Source: Clostridia bacterium (lineage in GTDB: Bacteria; Bacillota; Clostridia; Oscillospirales; CAG-272). From it: 64,000 bases of DNA. The position numbers and the translations under genes are program-made. Each line of letters opens with the position of its first letter. Position 1 is the stretch's first letter. Below the pieces are notes generated by a model, which worked only from the letters and a program-made list of their open reading frames with translations, was not told where the DNA came from and did no database searches. Below, piece by piece: positions 1 through 9,871 of this stretch. The DNA is taken from positions 45,094 through 109,093 of the forward strand of contig JAFQUJ010000016.1 of assembly GCA_017408585.1 (NCBI GenBank), written 5' to 3'.

Positions 1-745
1 GCACAACAAATTTGATATAGCTTTGCGGTATTAGAGCTATCCGTTCCACCGATGACAAGCATTATATCTGTTTTTTGGCTTAGGTGCTGTGCTTCCGTCT
101 GCCTTTTTTCGGTAACACTACATATTGTATCAAAAATTTTTGCGTTTGTACAGTATTTTTTGAGAATTTCTTGACATTTTTTCCATTCTGATAGCTTTTG
201 AGTAGTTTGAGCGACCATTATTACCTCTTTTTCAAGGTAATTTTCTGCTTTTAGGTGCTCCTCAAGCTCGGTAGCAGATGCGAAAATATAGCCATTACCC
301 TCAATATAGCTCTTAATTGAGAGAACCTCGGGGTGATCCTTTTGTCCAATTAGGAAGATTGTTGTGTCTTGCCTTGAGTTTTCTTGCACGATTTTATGTA
401 TTTTCTTAACATACGGGCAAGCACTATCGACAATCTTAAAATTACTACACTCGTCGGCATACGCCTCGAGCGTCTTTTCTGTTTCCTTTTCAATTCCGTG
501 TGTCCTTGTAACAAGAGTTACATGTGTTCCTCTCTTTGCGCTTTCAAAAAGAGCCTCCAGCTCGTCCTTTGAGATAACGCGAACTCCTCGCTCCTCAAGG
601 TATTCTATATATTGCTCGTTATGTATCAGCTTTCCCAGTGTGCAAACGATATCGCTAGGAGCTTTTTTTGAGATTAATTCCTCAAGGGCATCAGTTGCTC
701 GTCTAACTCCAAAGCAAAAGCCTGCATGCTCGCTAACTATTATCA
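1..745 (-). CDS. ispH: IspH/LytB, 4-hydroxy-3-methylbut-2-enyl diphosphate reductase (N-terminal ~248 aa; gene runs off the window start)
   Basis: Absent from the ORF track because no stop lies in the window. My minus-strand translation from the ATG at 745-743 gives MIIVSEHAGFCFGVRRATDALEEL...DSACPYVKKIHKIV...VIGGTDSSNTAKL. GFCFGV, ACP and SSNT are IspH hallmarks. The ATG overlaps the cmk-fusion stop. Confidence 0.8.
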
Positions 746-2041
746 TTTACTCTCCTCCCACTCTTCACCTAGGGTGCAGAGCTTATCGAAGGCATACTCG
801 GAGATTTTCTTGTATTTTTCCTTTCCGCTAAGCTCGGGGAAGGCAAATTCCTCGGGTGGAATGTAGTCACCGATAATGATGGTGTTGCGATGGAAAAGCT
901 TTAGCTTGTTCTTTTTGTTTTTGATGTAGATTGGAACAATTCCAACGCCTGCACGAGATGCAAGCATACCTATACCGTCCTTAACCTCTGTTTCTCTTGG
1001 GTTTTGGTAGGGGCGTCTTGTTCCCTGTGGGAAAATTCCAACACACTCTCCGTTTTTAAGAAGCGAGAGTGTTGTTTTTATTGCGGAAACATCGCCATTT
1101 TTTCTATCGACGGGAAATGCGCCCATCGCCTTTACAAACCAATTTACTACGGGGACTTTAAATATTTCCTTTTTTGCCATGTAGCGAATTTGGTTTTTCA
1201 TTGCGATAACCATTACAACAACATCCATTAGGCTTGTGTGATTTGCGTAAACGATAAAGGGCTTATCAAAGATCTCCTTATCTCGATTTACGACCTTCAC
1301 GCGATAAAGCAGGGAAAAAAGCTTTCCAAAAAGGAATTTTATGGCTCTATAAAATCGATTGGGCTTTTTTTTAGTTTTTTTTTGAGTCTTTTCCTCGATG
1401 ATTTCAAGAACTCTTTCTACTGTTTGCTCCTCGTTTAAATCTGAGTTGTCAAGGAATATTGCGTCCTCGGCAGGAATTGCGGGAGCGACAGCTCTTGTTG
1501 AGTCATCGGTATCTCTTTTAATGATATCGGCAAGCACGCCTTCGTATGTGCATTCCTCACCCTTAGCGATTAGCTCCTTATATCTGCGCTCTGCTCTTGC
1601 CTCGGCAGATGCGACCATAAAGATTTTAACCTCGGCATCGGGAATGATTACTGTGCCAATGTCACGACCATCCATTATTACGCTATTTTCCCTTGCGATT
1701 TTTCTTTGAGTTTCCAAAAGGAAGGCTCTAACCTCGGGGATAGCTGAAACAGCTGATGCGTACATTGAGATTTCGCCCGTACGAATTAACGAGCTTACAT
1801 CCTCGCCATTCAGGATAACGCATTGTGTGCCATCCTTGAACACGAGGTCAAGCTTTATATCGTTTAGCATTGGTATGATTTTTTCGCTATCGTTTTTAGC
1901 GACGCCCGCTCTACAAACATAAAGTCCTATTGAGCGATAAAGCGCCCCTGTATCGACATAAACTATTCCAAGTCTTTTTGCGACTGCCTTTGCGACGGTG
2001 CTTTTTCCTGCACCGCTTGGGCCATCAAGTGCTATTCTCAT
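743..2041 (-). CDS. cmk: fusion protein: cytidylate kinase (N-terminal) + 1-acyl-sn-glycerol-3-phosphate acyltransferase-like domain (C-terminal)
   Basis: 432 aa ORF. The N-terminus MRIALDGPSGAGKSTVAK carries a Cmk P-loop. A Lys-rich linker (KTQKKTKKKP) follows, then an acyltransferase H(x)4D block NHTSLMDVVV and FPQGTR. Confidence 0.8.
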   Translation of the reverse strand: MRIALDGPSGAGKSTVAKAVAKRLGIVYVDTGALYRSIGLYVCRAGVAKNDSEKIIPMLNDIKLDLVFKDGTQCVILNGEDVSSLIRTGEISMYASAVSAIPEVRAFLLETQRKIARENSVIMDGRDIGTVIIPDAEVKIFMVASAEARAERRYKELIAKGEECTYEGVLADIIKRDTDDSTRAVAPAIPAEDAIFLDNSDLNEEQTVERVLEIIEEKTQKKTKKKPNRFYRAIKFLFGKLFSLLYRVKVVNRDKEIFDKPFIVYANHTSLMDVVVMVIAMKNQIRYMAKKEIFKVPVVNWFVKAMGAFPVDRKNGDVSAIKTTLSLLKNGECVGIFPQGTRRPYQNPRETEVKDGIGMLASRAGVGIVPIYIKNKKNKLKLFHRNTIIIGDYIPPEEFAFPELSGKEKYKKISEYAFDKLCTLGEEWEESK

Positions 2042-2050
2042 AATTAACTC

Positions 2051-3298
2051 CTAATCTCCCCATGCGCTATGCGTGCCTGCAAGTACGCCTGTGGAAAATG
2101 CAATTTGTAAATTATATCCGCCCGTGTAGGCGTGAGTATCGATCATTTCACCGGCAAAGTAAAGACCGCTTATGCGCTTTGCCTGCATGGTTGATGGATT
2201 GATTTCGCCAACATCTATTCCACCCGAGGTAATAATAGCCTCTCTTATAGGTCTAAAGCCTTTGATTTCAAAGGTAAGCTCCTTTAAGAGTGCTACGAGC
2301 ACCTTTCGTTGCTCCTTTGTGATTTCGTTTACCTTTGTGTTGGGTGGGATACCACTACGCCTTACGATATACGGAATGATTTTCGACGGGAGCAGAGCGC
2401 CAAGGGAATTTTGAAAATCCTTGTTCTTCTGCTTTGAAAAATCGCCAAGAATTCTCTTATCGAGCTCTTGTATATCGAGCGCCGGCTTGAAATCTATTTT
2501 TATGGTATATTTACCTGTCCTCATATTTCTCATATGTGAGGACGCTGACAAAACGAGAGGTCCGGATAATCCAAAGTGTGTAAAGAGCATTTCTCCAAGC
2601 TCCGAAAAGACGCATTTTCCGTTGTCATTATCGATAGCGGAAAGAGTCACATTTTTAAGCGAGAGTCCCATCAGCTCGCTTACATTTTCGGTGGTTTCAA
2701 GTGGGACAAGCGAGGGGGTGAGCTCCGTCACCTTAAGTCCAAGCGCCCTTGCGAATTTAAATCCATCTCCGTCGCTTCCCGTGGTTGGGTATGAGATGCC
2801 ACCTGTGGCGCAAATCACAGCATCTAGCTGATATTCTGCGAGCGAGGTTTTAACTCCGTACACCTTGCCATCCTTGACAAGTATCTCGGTTACCCTTTCG
2901 TTTTTAATTGTGCATCCTAACCGTAGCATTTCGCCCTTTAAGGCATTGACAATATCCTGCGCCTTATCACTGACAGGGAAAACTCGTCTGCCACGCTCCG
3001 TTTTTAGTGGAACGCCGAGCCCCTCGAAAAACGCGATTGTATCCTGTGTATTGAATGCACTAAACGATGCGTATAGGAATTTTGGATTTGCGATAATGTT
3101 TTTTAAAAGCTCTGCATTATCACAATTATTTGTGACATTGCATCTGCCCTTGCCTGTTATTGCAAGCTTGCGTCCAACGCTTTGATTCCTTTCAAACACG
3201 ATTACGCTAGCGCCATTATAGGAAGCATATATTGCAGACATCATGCCCGCCGGTCCTGCACCGATTATGCCGATTTTTCTCTGTTCATATCCGTCCAT
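2051..3298 (-). CDS. HI0933/YhiN-family NAD(P)/FAD-dependent oxidoreductase
   Basis: GIIGAGPAGMMSA dinucleotide-binding motif and a family-typical C-terminus (YFAGEMIDTHAYTGGYNLQ). I place the start at the internal ATG at 3298, preceded by AAAGGAGAAG, rather than at the ORF-track start 3334. Confidence 0.8.
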   Translation of the reverse strand: MDGYEQRKIGIIGAGPAGMMSAIYASYNGASVIVFERNQSVGRKLAITGKGRCNVTNNCDNAELLKNIIANPKFLYASFSAFNTQDTIAFFEGLGVPLKTERGRRVFPVSDKAQDIVNALKGEMLRLGCTIKNERVTEILVKDGKVYGVKTSLAEYQLDAVICATGGISYPTTGSDGDGFKFARALGLKVTELTPSLVPLETTENVSELMGLSLKNVTLSAIDNDNGKCVFSELGEMLFTHFGLSGPLVLSASSHMRNMRTGKYTIKIDFKPALDIQELDKRILGDFSKQKNKDFQNSLGALLPSKIIPYIVRRSGIPPNTKVNEITKEQRKVLVALLKELTFEIKGFRPIREAIITSGGIDVGEINPSTMQAKRISGLYFAGEMIDTHAYTGGYNLQIAFSTGVLAGTHSAWGD

Positions 3299-3324
3299 AT
3301 GCTTCTCCTTTCCGCATCCTTTAT

Positions 3325-3353
3325 ATTTTATCATAAATTTATTATAATGTCAA
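3325..3353 (-). promoter_or_regulatory. sigma70-like promoter for the HI0933-family gene
   Basis: Minus strand reads TTGACA (3353-3348), a 17 nt spacer, then TAAAAT (3330-3325). Confidence 0.5.
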
Positions 3354-3360
3354 GAGTATA

Positions 3361-3396
3361 TTATTAAAAGGTCACTACCGAGCTTAGTAGTGACCC
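3361..3396 (-). terminator. rho-independent terminator of the ABC-F gene
   Basis: 9 bp stem GGTCACTAC/GTAGTGACC (3370-3378 / 3387-3395) followed by a T-run on the minus strand. Confidence 0.6.
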
Positions 3397-3405
3397 TTGA
3401 TTTAA

Positions 3406-5004
3406 TTAAAGCAATCCCTTTTCTCTTTTGTATTCGATAAATTGCTCATATGTTCCGCTATAATCGATTATTCCGTCCTCACGGAGCTCAATTATTCTGT
3501 TTGCTACTGTATTTACAGTTTCATAGTCATGAGATGCCAAGATTATATTGCCCTTAAAATCTCTTAGACCATTATTTACAGCGGTGATGCTTTCGAGGTC
3601 GAGATGGTTTGTCGGTTGGTCAAGAAGCAGGAAGTTTGAGCCAAAGAGCATCATTCTTGAGAACATACACCTTTGCTTTTCACCACCCGAGAGGACATTT
3701 ACCTCCTTGAAGATGCTATCACCCGAGAATAGCATTCTGCCGAGGAAGCCACGAAGATATGTTTCTGTTTGGTCCTTAGAGTATCTACGCATCCAATCAA
3801 GTATGCTATCATGGCAATTATCGAAATATGGTGAGTTGTCACGAGGGAAATAGGATCTTGAAATGCTAATGCCCCATTTAAAAGAGCCACCATCTGCCTC
3901 AGACTCCTCCATTAGCACCTTGAATAGCTCTGTTACAGCCATTTCATTGCCAAGAAGTGCTATCTTATCGCCCTTTGCAACTGTGAAGGAAACATTCCTA
4001 AATAGCGACACACCCTCGAGCGTTTTGCTCAAATCCTTGACTGTTAGAATATCCTTGCCCGCCTCTCTGTCCATATCGAAGCCGATAAACGGATATCTTC
4101 TGCTTGATGCGGGAAGCTCCTCAATTGTGAGCTTATCAAGTAGCTTTCTTCTCGAGGTTGCCTGTCTTGATTTTGATTTATTTGCGCTAAAACGAGCGAT
4201 AAAGGCTTGAAGCTCCTTAATCTTTTCCTCGTTTTTCCTGTTTTGTTGCTTTATCATTCTTTGAATTAGCTGACTGGACTCGTACCAAAACTCGTAGTTG
4301 CCGACATACATCTTGATTGCGGTATAGTCGATATCAACAATGCTTGTGCAGACATCGTTTAAAAAGTGACGGTCATGGGATACGACCAAAACCGTTCCAA
4401 AATAGTCGCTTAAAAAGTCCTCAAGCCACATAACCGCGTCTATATCAAGACCGTTTGTAGGCTCGTCGAGCAGAATTATATCGGGGTTGCCAAAAAGCGC
4501 CTGTGCCAAAAGAACCTTAACCTTTTCGCTTTCCTTTAGGCTTGACATTTGCTCGTACAAGATTTCCTCGCTAAGTCCAAGTCCTTGAATGAGCTTTGAA
4601 ACCTCACTTTCAGCCTCCCAGCCGTTCATTTCGGCAAATTCCGCCTCAAGCTCCGATGCTTTTATTCCATCCTCGTCGGTGAAGTCAGCCTTTGAATAGA
4701 GCTCCTCCTTTTCCTTCATTATGGTATAAAGGCGCTCATTTCCTTGAATTACCGTATCAAGCACTGTGAAGCTATCGTAGGCAAAGTGGTTTTGCTTTAA
4801 AACGGACATTCTAACATCACTTGGAATGCTTACATCACCCTTTGTTGGCTCTAATTCGCCACACAGGATGCGCAAAAATGTACTTTTGCCTGCGCCATTT
4901 GCTCCGATTACTCCATAGCAGTTGCCGGGAGTGAATTTGAGGTTTACATCCTTAAATAGAATTTGACCGCCAAAGTTAAAGGTCATGTTATTTACTGTTA
5001 TCAT
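3406..5004 (-). CDS. ABC-F family ATPase (YbiT/YkpA-like, two ABC domains, no TM domain)
   Basis: 532 aa. Two Walker A motifs (GANGAGKST and a second-domain equivalent) and two signature motifs (LSGGEK). The N-terminal region aligns by eye with E. coli YbiT as I recall it. Confidence 0.85.
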   Translation of the reverse strand: MITVNNMTFNFGGQILFKDVNLKFTPGNCYGVIGANGAGKSTFLRILCGELEPTKGDVSIPSDVRMSVLKQNHFAYDSFTVLDTVIQGNERLYTIMKEKEELYSKADFTDEDGIKASELEAEFAEMNGWEAESEVSKLIQGLGLSEEILYEQMSSLKESEKVKVLLAQALFGNPDIILLDEPTNGLDIDAVMWLEDFLSDYFGTVLVVSHDRHFLNDVCTSIVDIDYTAIKMYVGNYEFWYESSQLIQRMIKQQNRKNEEKIKELQAFIARFSANKSKSRQATSRRKLLDKLTIEELPASSRRYPFIGFDMDREAGKDILTVKDLSKTLEGVSLFRNVSFTVAKGDKIALLGNEMAVTELFKVLMEESEADGGSFKWGISISRSYFPRDNSPYFDNCHDSILDWMRRYSKDQTETYLRGFLGRMLFSGDSIFKEVNVLSGGEKQRCMFSRMMLFGSNFLLLDQPTNHLDLESITAVNNGLRDFKGNIILASHDYETVNTVANRIIELREDGIIDYSGTYEQFIEYKREKGLL

Positions 5005-5005
5005 T

Positions 5006-7648
5006 TTATTCTCCTAGGGTTAATATTTTTTCGACAACTCGCTCACAATTTCGCTTGTCGTGATATTTAAAAAATTCTCTTATCCTGTCAAGATAGAGTG
5101 TGTCAATTTGGCAATCGTTCTCGATGCACTTTATTATGGCATTGATTGTGTCATCAAGAGTGTATGCGACATTGCCAAAGCCATTTTTCTCGTAATCAAA
5201 GTAGCCCTCGTTATATGTGTGAGCTCCCGAGAAAAAGTGCTCTCTGTCAAATTGAGCATAGATGATTGGCTTTTCAAGATAAGCGAAATCGAACACCGCC
5301 GAGGAATAGTCGGTGATAATCAGGCTACTTCTCTTGTAATGGTCATTATAGCTTGTCTCGCAGTCAAGGCGCACATATGGGGGTGTGTCGATAAAATCGC
5401 ACATTCCTTGCATATTGGGGTGTGGTACAAGGACCATTTTATAGCCATATTTTTGTAACGCATCGGCAATTCGGCTATCGTTTATTATTGCGTTCCAAAA
5501 CCTTATATACTCGCTGTCTTGGAGCTTATCACTACTTTTCCACTTGCCTGTTGCTATATCAATATTATCGACAAGATATCTGCGCCATGTGGGCATTATT
5601 GTAATGATTTTCTCGCCTTGGCTATCAAGACGGTCAAAGCGTGGAAGCCCCGTGAGCCAAAGCTCTCTTTCGGTATAATGGTAGGGGGGAGTGTTTAAAA
5701 TCGAGTCATATTCGGGCACAGCCGAGGTCACAAAGCCTCGTATATTTTTGTTGTATTTATTTAGCCATGCGCTAAGGTCGTCCTTAATAACTCCGTGTTG
5801 AAGGAACACGAAGGGCTTTTGCGTCAAGATATCCTTATAGGGTGCTCCATAATAATCAAATGGGTTTGTCACAAAGTCCTCTGCCTGCGATGAGATTATC
5901 ACGCTTGATGCAAGGTGAAGAAGCTTGTATTTTAGAGATGCGCGATTTACCACTCTGCCTTGCCTTTTAAGGCGTGAAAAATCCTTGCCCCCTCTTATTG
6001 CGAAATAATATTTTGCGCCCTTGAATTTGATTTTATTTAGGTAGTCAAAGAGCGCCTCTCCGTTATCGTCAGCTGAGCTCAGGCGATCACTTATCAGCCA
6101 AATCGGCTTTTTACAAAACGCCTTATAAAAACGGGCGAGCTTTCTTGCGATTACCGCCTTGCGCTCGGCAAAGCCGTTTGATTTCCAAAGCTCCTTTTCA
6201 AACACATATCGGTGCTTTTTGAGCGCTTTTTTTGTTTTCGGCTCAAAAATCAAGGCGCTTTCGTCATGAGTAAGAATTGCGTTTTTAAGCTCGGCAAAGG
6301 AGCTTACATATCCCTTTTCAAGCGGGAAATGCTTGCCAAATTGAACATTATTTGAAATTATTTCTATATCTCTTGTGCAAAGCGCGAAATAGGCGGTCAC
6401 CTTATGCGTGAAATGGTCGCTTGGGATTTCGTATTCAAGGCAGACGCTTGACACTATTTCCTTGCCTAAAAGGCTTGTTTTGGCTTCATATGTGGTTTGG
6501 AGTGCCTGTATGCGTGTTCCACCCACATAAAGCGCACCCTGTGTAATTTTTGGCACATTTACAGGAGCAAGGATGCGTGCGTAAATTTTAATTTTATCGT
6601 TTTCCTGCTCGATTATTTCAAGCACATATGGTAGGCTTGAGATGGCAAGCGAGGTTCTTGGGAGAAATATATCGTCATCTTGAAAATCGAACGCCTCGTT
6701 ATGCTTTTTTGCGATTAGATAATATTTTACGCTCTCGCTCAGACTTGCCGAGTCAAGAATTGTATTATCATCTAGGAGCGAAATTATTTTATAAAGCTCG
6801 CTCTCAAAGGCTGCCACTCCCTCGTCGGTTAAGCATTCGGGCTTTTTTTGCGCCCTTATCTTCCACGCAAGGTCATACATTATCGCATTTTGAATGAATT
6901 GTGGTATTTTTTTATGCCCTTCAAGTGCGTACTCTATTATTGATTTAAAATAGCCATTAAGATGGTCTAGATACCACGAGCTTTTTTGTGGGGCGGTGGC
7001 GATAAGCGACGCCTCGCGCTTACGGTAGTTATAACGCGCCTCATTTACAATTCCGAGGCGTGGTGTGTCGATTAAAACTCGCAAAAGTGCCTCGGCGTCC
7101 TCTGAGGTTGCGAGGCTCTTAAAGGTGATTTGTCTTGCGATTTCGCTCTTTATCACGCTTGCTGTGATATGAATTTGGAACACGGGCTCTTTTTCTAAAT
7201 CTATCACTCTATTTTCGCCATTAAACTTATCGTTTAGAGGGTGTGCGCCCTCTCTTGCGCCAAAGAAAAATATAGGATAGGACACTACGCTTGTTTTCTC
7301 GTAATTTTTCTCAAAGAATGCGATTATATCGGTGTAGGTGTTTGGGCTTATAGTATCGTCGGGGTCGAGAAATGCAGTATATTTGCCCTCAACATGAGTT
7401 AGAGCCTCGTTTCTTGCGCTTGAAACTCCACCATTTTCCTTTTCGATATAGGTGATGCACTCGGGGTATTTGCCTTGATACTCTCTTATTATCTCGGCGC
7501 TATTATCACTTGAGCCATCGTTTACTATGATTAGCTGAATGCTCTCCTTGCCGATGGTTTGAGCAATAACGCTCTCTATCGCCTCGCCAATATACAAGGC
7601 GGAATTATATACGGGCATTATTACGGAAATTAGATATTTATGTTGCAT
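5006..7648 (-). CDS. bifunctional GT2 glycosyltransferase / CDP-glycerol glycerophosphotransferase (TagF/TagB-like)
   Basis: The N-terminus ISVIMPVYNSALYIGEAIESVIAQT...NDGSSD...DPDD is GT2-like. The C-terminal ~400 aa look TagF-like. Start chosen at MQHKYL (ATG 7648), which follows AAGGAGG. Confidence 0.8.
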   Translation of the reverse strand: MQHKYLISVIMPVYNSALYIGEAIESVIAQTIGKESIQLIIVNDGSSDNSAEIIREYQGKYPECITYIEKENGGVSSARNEALTHVEGKYTAFLDPDDTISPNTYTDIIAFFEKNYEKTSVVSYPIFFFGAREGAHPLNDKFNGENRVIDLEKEPVFQIHITASVIKSEIARQITFKSLATSEDAEALLRVLIDTPRLGIVNEARYNYRKREASLIATAPQKSSWYLDHLNGYFKSIIEYALEGHKKIPQFIQNAIMYDLAWKIRAQKKPECLTDEGVAAFESELYKIISLLDDNTILDSASLSESVKYYLIAKKHNEAFDFQDDDIFLPRTSLAISSLPYVLEIIEQENDKIKIYARILAPVNVPKITQGALYVGGTRIQALQTTYEAKTSLLGKEIVSSVCLEYEIPSDHFTHKVTAYFALCTRDIEIISNNVQFGKHFPLEKGYVSSFAELKNAILTHDESALIFEPKTKKALKKHRYVFEKELWKSNGFAERKAVIARKLARFYKAFCKKPIWLISDRLSSADDNGEALFDYLNKIKFKGAKYYFAIRGGKDFSRLKRQGRVVNRASLKYKLLHLASSVIISSQAEDFVTNPFDYYGAPYKDILTQKPFVFLQHGVIKDDLSAWLNKYNKNIRGFVTSAVPEYDSILNTPPYHYTERELWLTGLPRFDRLDSQGEKIITIMPTWRRYLVDNIDIATGKWKSSDKLQDSEYIRFWNAIINDSRIADALQKYGYKMVLVPHPNMQGMCDFIDTPPYVRLDCETSYNDHYKRSSLIITDYSSAVFDFAYLEKPIIYAQFDREHFFSGAHTYNEGYFDYEKNGFGNVAYTLDDTINAIIKCIENDCQIDTLYLDRIREFFKYHDKRNCERVVEKILTLGE

Positions 7649-7790
7649 ATAATCCTCCTTGATGTTTTTTAAGAAAAGTAAACAATAAAAATTTGAGAGG
7701 CTACTGTTCCTTTTCACTCTAAAATATTATTTTACCATATTTATTATTTATTGTCAAGTAAGAGAAAAAGCCGACAATGTCGGCTTTTGG

Positions 7791-8114
7791 TTATAGTAGG
7801 TATGTAATTATCAGCTCGACGACTAGGACTGTGCCACAAGCACTGGCAGCAACGGTGAGCAGGCTACGATTGAAATACGATAGCACAAGGGCTACTGCAA
7901 ATCCACAGATTGCCGAGGCAAGATATGAGGTTGAAGAAAAAATTCCGGGAATTGTCATAACGGACAAAACTGCGTATGGCACATAGTAAAGGAACGAGCG
8001 AATGAAGGTGTTCTTTATTTTCTTTCTTACGAGCACCATTGGAAGCATTCTTACAAGGTAGGTCACGCCCGCCATAACGAGTAGGTATAGTAAAAACTTA
8101 ACGGGCTCAACCAT
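7791..8114 (-). CDS. azlD: branched-chain amino acid transport protein AzlD
   Basis: 107 aa hydrophobic protein. Its start overlaps the end of the AzlC-like gene, the usual azlCD arrangement. Confidence 0.7.
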   Translation of the reverse strand: MVEPVKFLLYLLVMAGVTYLVRMLPMVLVRKKIKNTFIRSFLYYVPYAVLSVMTIPGIFSSTSYLASAICGFAVALVLSYFNRSLLTVAASACGTVLVVELIITYLL

Positions 8115-8838
8115 CTAGCTCTACCTCCTCTTCCTGTTCCGGTGGGAGTGGGAAAATGAGTGCGAAGAGCACGCTCGCCACTATTGTACATATGATTATT
8201 ACAAATCCACTTGAAATATTCTCCTTCAAAAATGGAACATATGAAAAGATACAGCTAAGGGCAATCGCAAAAAGCGAGCAAAGGAGCACGGGGCGTTCCT
8301 TTCTTGCGACAGGGGTAACGATTGCGACGAACATTGCGTAAATTGCAATTCCCAGAGCCGAGATTACAATTGCCGGCAAAATATTTCCTGCGACTGCGCC
8401 AAGGAGAGTGCCGAGTGTCCAGCCAACAAACGGGGTTAGGGTAATTCCATACATATAATTTCTGCCGACATCCATTCCCTTTGATGAGGAAACTGCGAAT
8501 ACCTCGTCTGTGTTGACAAAGGAAACGAGAAACTTATCGACAAGGCGCATGCTTTTGCCAAATTTTTGGGACAGGGACACGGACATGAGCGCATAGCGAA
8601 GATTGATTATTAGCTGAGTTGCGCCAAGCTCCAAGAGTGTACCACCACCAACTATAATGGGCACTCCCGCAAGCTGTCCTGCCGAGGTGACATTGAGCAT
8701 TGAGATAAGCACCGCTTGCCAAATATCAAGTCCTGAATTTACAGCGGTAATTCCAAACGCAAAGGCAACTGACAAGTATCCTAGGCAGATTGGAAATCCG
8801 TCCTTTATGCCTGCCATAAAGCTATTTTGCTCTCTCAT
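8107..8838 (-). CDS. azlC: AzlC family branched-chain amino acid permease component
   Basis: Polytopic membrane protein starting MREQNSFMAGIKDGFPICLGY (AzlC-like N-terminus). ATG at 8838 follows a G-rich RBS. Confidence 0.7.
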   Translation of the reverse strand: MREQNSFMAGIKDGFPICLGYLSVAFAFGITAVNSGLDIWQAVLISMLNVTSAGQLAGVPIIVGGGTLLELGATQLIINLRYALMSVSLSQKFGKSMRLVDKFLVSFVNTDEVFAVSSSKGMDVGRNYMYGITLTPFVGWTLGTLLGAVAGNILPAIVISALGIAIYAMFVAIVTPVARKERPVLLCSLFAIALSCIFSYVPFLKENISSGFVIIICTIVASVLFALIFPLPPEQEEEVELDG

Positions 8839-8910
8839 ATTATCCCCCCCTTTTTCGTTTTCGTTAGATATATTAGCACAAAGCAATCTTTAATTCAAGA
8901 TAAAAAAGAA

Positions 8911-8935
8911 AAAAACCGAGAAATTCTCGGTTTTT
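8911..8935. terminator. bidirectional hairpin terminator downstream of cysK
   Basis: AAAAACCGAGA-aat-TCTCGGTTTTT. Confidence 0.6.
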
Positions 8936-8944
8936 AGCCTTATT

Positions 8945-9871
8945 TTAAATAAAATCCGGAGTGCTAAGATATCTCTCTCCGCTATCGGTTAGGAGTGCGA
9001 CAATCGTTTTTCCCTCGTTTTCGGGGCGAGAGGCGAATTTAACCATAGCGCAAAGAGCTGCGCCTGCTGAGATGCCGACTAAAATTCCCTCGGTGGCAAC
9101 CAGCTCCTTAGCGTATTTATACGCCTCGCCATCATCTACTGTGATGATTTCGTCATAAATTTCTCGATTTAGGTTTTGGGGCACGAAATTAGCGCCTATT
9201 CCTTGGATTTTGTGCGACCCTGTGTAGCCCTTTGACAAAAGCGGAGATGCGCTCGGCTCTACTGCGATTATCTGTACGCTTGGGTTTTTGCTTTTCAAAA
9301 ATTCGCCCACTCCACTAAGTGTTCCACCTGTTCCCACGCAAGCAACAAATGCGTCTATTTTTCCGTCGGTATCAATCCAAATTTCAGGGCCTGTGGTTGT
9401 TTTATGAGCCTCGGGGTTGGCGGGATTATCAAATTGCGAGGGGATAAAGGAGTTTGGAATTTCCCCTAAGAGAGCGATTGCCTTATCTATTGCGCCCTTC
9501 ATTCCTAGTGCGCCCTCGGTCAAGACAAGCTCTGCGCCATAGGCTCTCATAAGATTTCGTCTTTCAAGTGACATTGAGTCGGGCATTACAATAATGCACC
9601 TATATCCCCTTGCTTTTGCAATCATAGCAAGGGCTATACCTGTATTACCCGAGGTTGGCTCAATTATAGTGCCACCTGTGGTTAATTTTCCGCTTTTTTC
9701 CGCCTCATTTATCATTGATAGAGCTACTCTATCCTTTGCCGAGCCTGCGGGATTAAACATCTCTAATTTGACAAGCAAGCGAGCGTTTATGCTGTTTGCC
9801 TTAACAAAGCTTGAAAGCTCGACAAGCGGTGTGTTACCTATAAGGTCTGTTATCGAATTATAGATTTTCAT
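8945..9871 (-). CDS. cysK: cysteine synthase A (O-acetylserine sulfhydrylase)
   Basis: 308 aa. IGNTPLVEL, the PLP-lysine context NPAGSAKDR, and GTGGT. Confidence 0.9.
   Translation of the reverse strand: MKIYNSITDLIGNTPLVELSSFVKANSINARLLVKLEMFNPAGSAKDRVALSMINEAEKSGKLTTGGTIIEPTSGNTGIALAMIAKARGYRCIIVMPDSMSLERRNLMRAYGAELVLTEGALGMKGAIDKAIALLGEIPNSFIPSQFDNPANPEAHKTTTGPEIWIDTDGKIDAFVACVGTGGTLSGVGEFLKSKNPSVQIIAVEPSASPLLSKGYTGSHKIQGIGANFVPQNLNREIYDEIITVDDGEAYKYAKELVATEGILVGISAGAALCAMVKFASRPENEGKTIVALLTDSGERYLSTPDFI

Noticed and set aside
364-831. 155 aa + strand ORF, plus the many other 60-200 aa ORFs antisense to long genes (e.g. 1398..1709, 31143..31742, 39327..39827, 61496..61975)
   Set aside because: They are embedded antisense in well-supported conserved genes (ispH, cmk, the P-type ATPase, ntpA, pck). 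They lack an RBS and have Ser/Leu/Arg-rich composition typical of antisense frames.
7649-7717. N-terminal extensions of ORF-track models (GT2/TagF gene to 7717; also 3334, 8886, 18837, 21981, 24408, 29507, 44967, 48681, 50737, 60170)
   Set aside because: In each case an internal ATG is preceded at 5-10 nt by a strong AGGAGG-type RBS. The family-typical N-terminus or signal peptide also begins there. The upstream extension covers promoter or UTR sequence.
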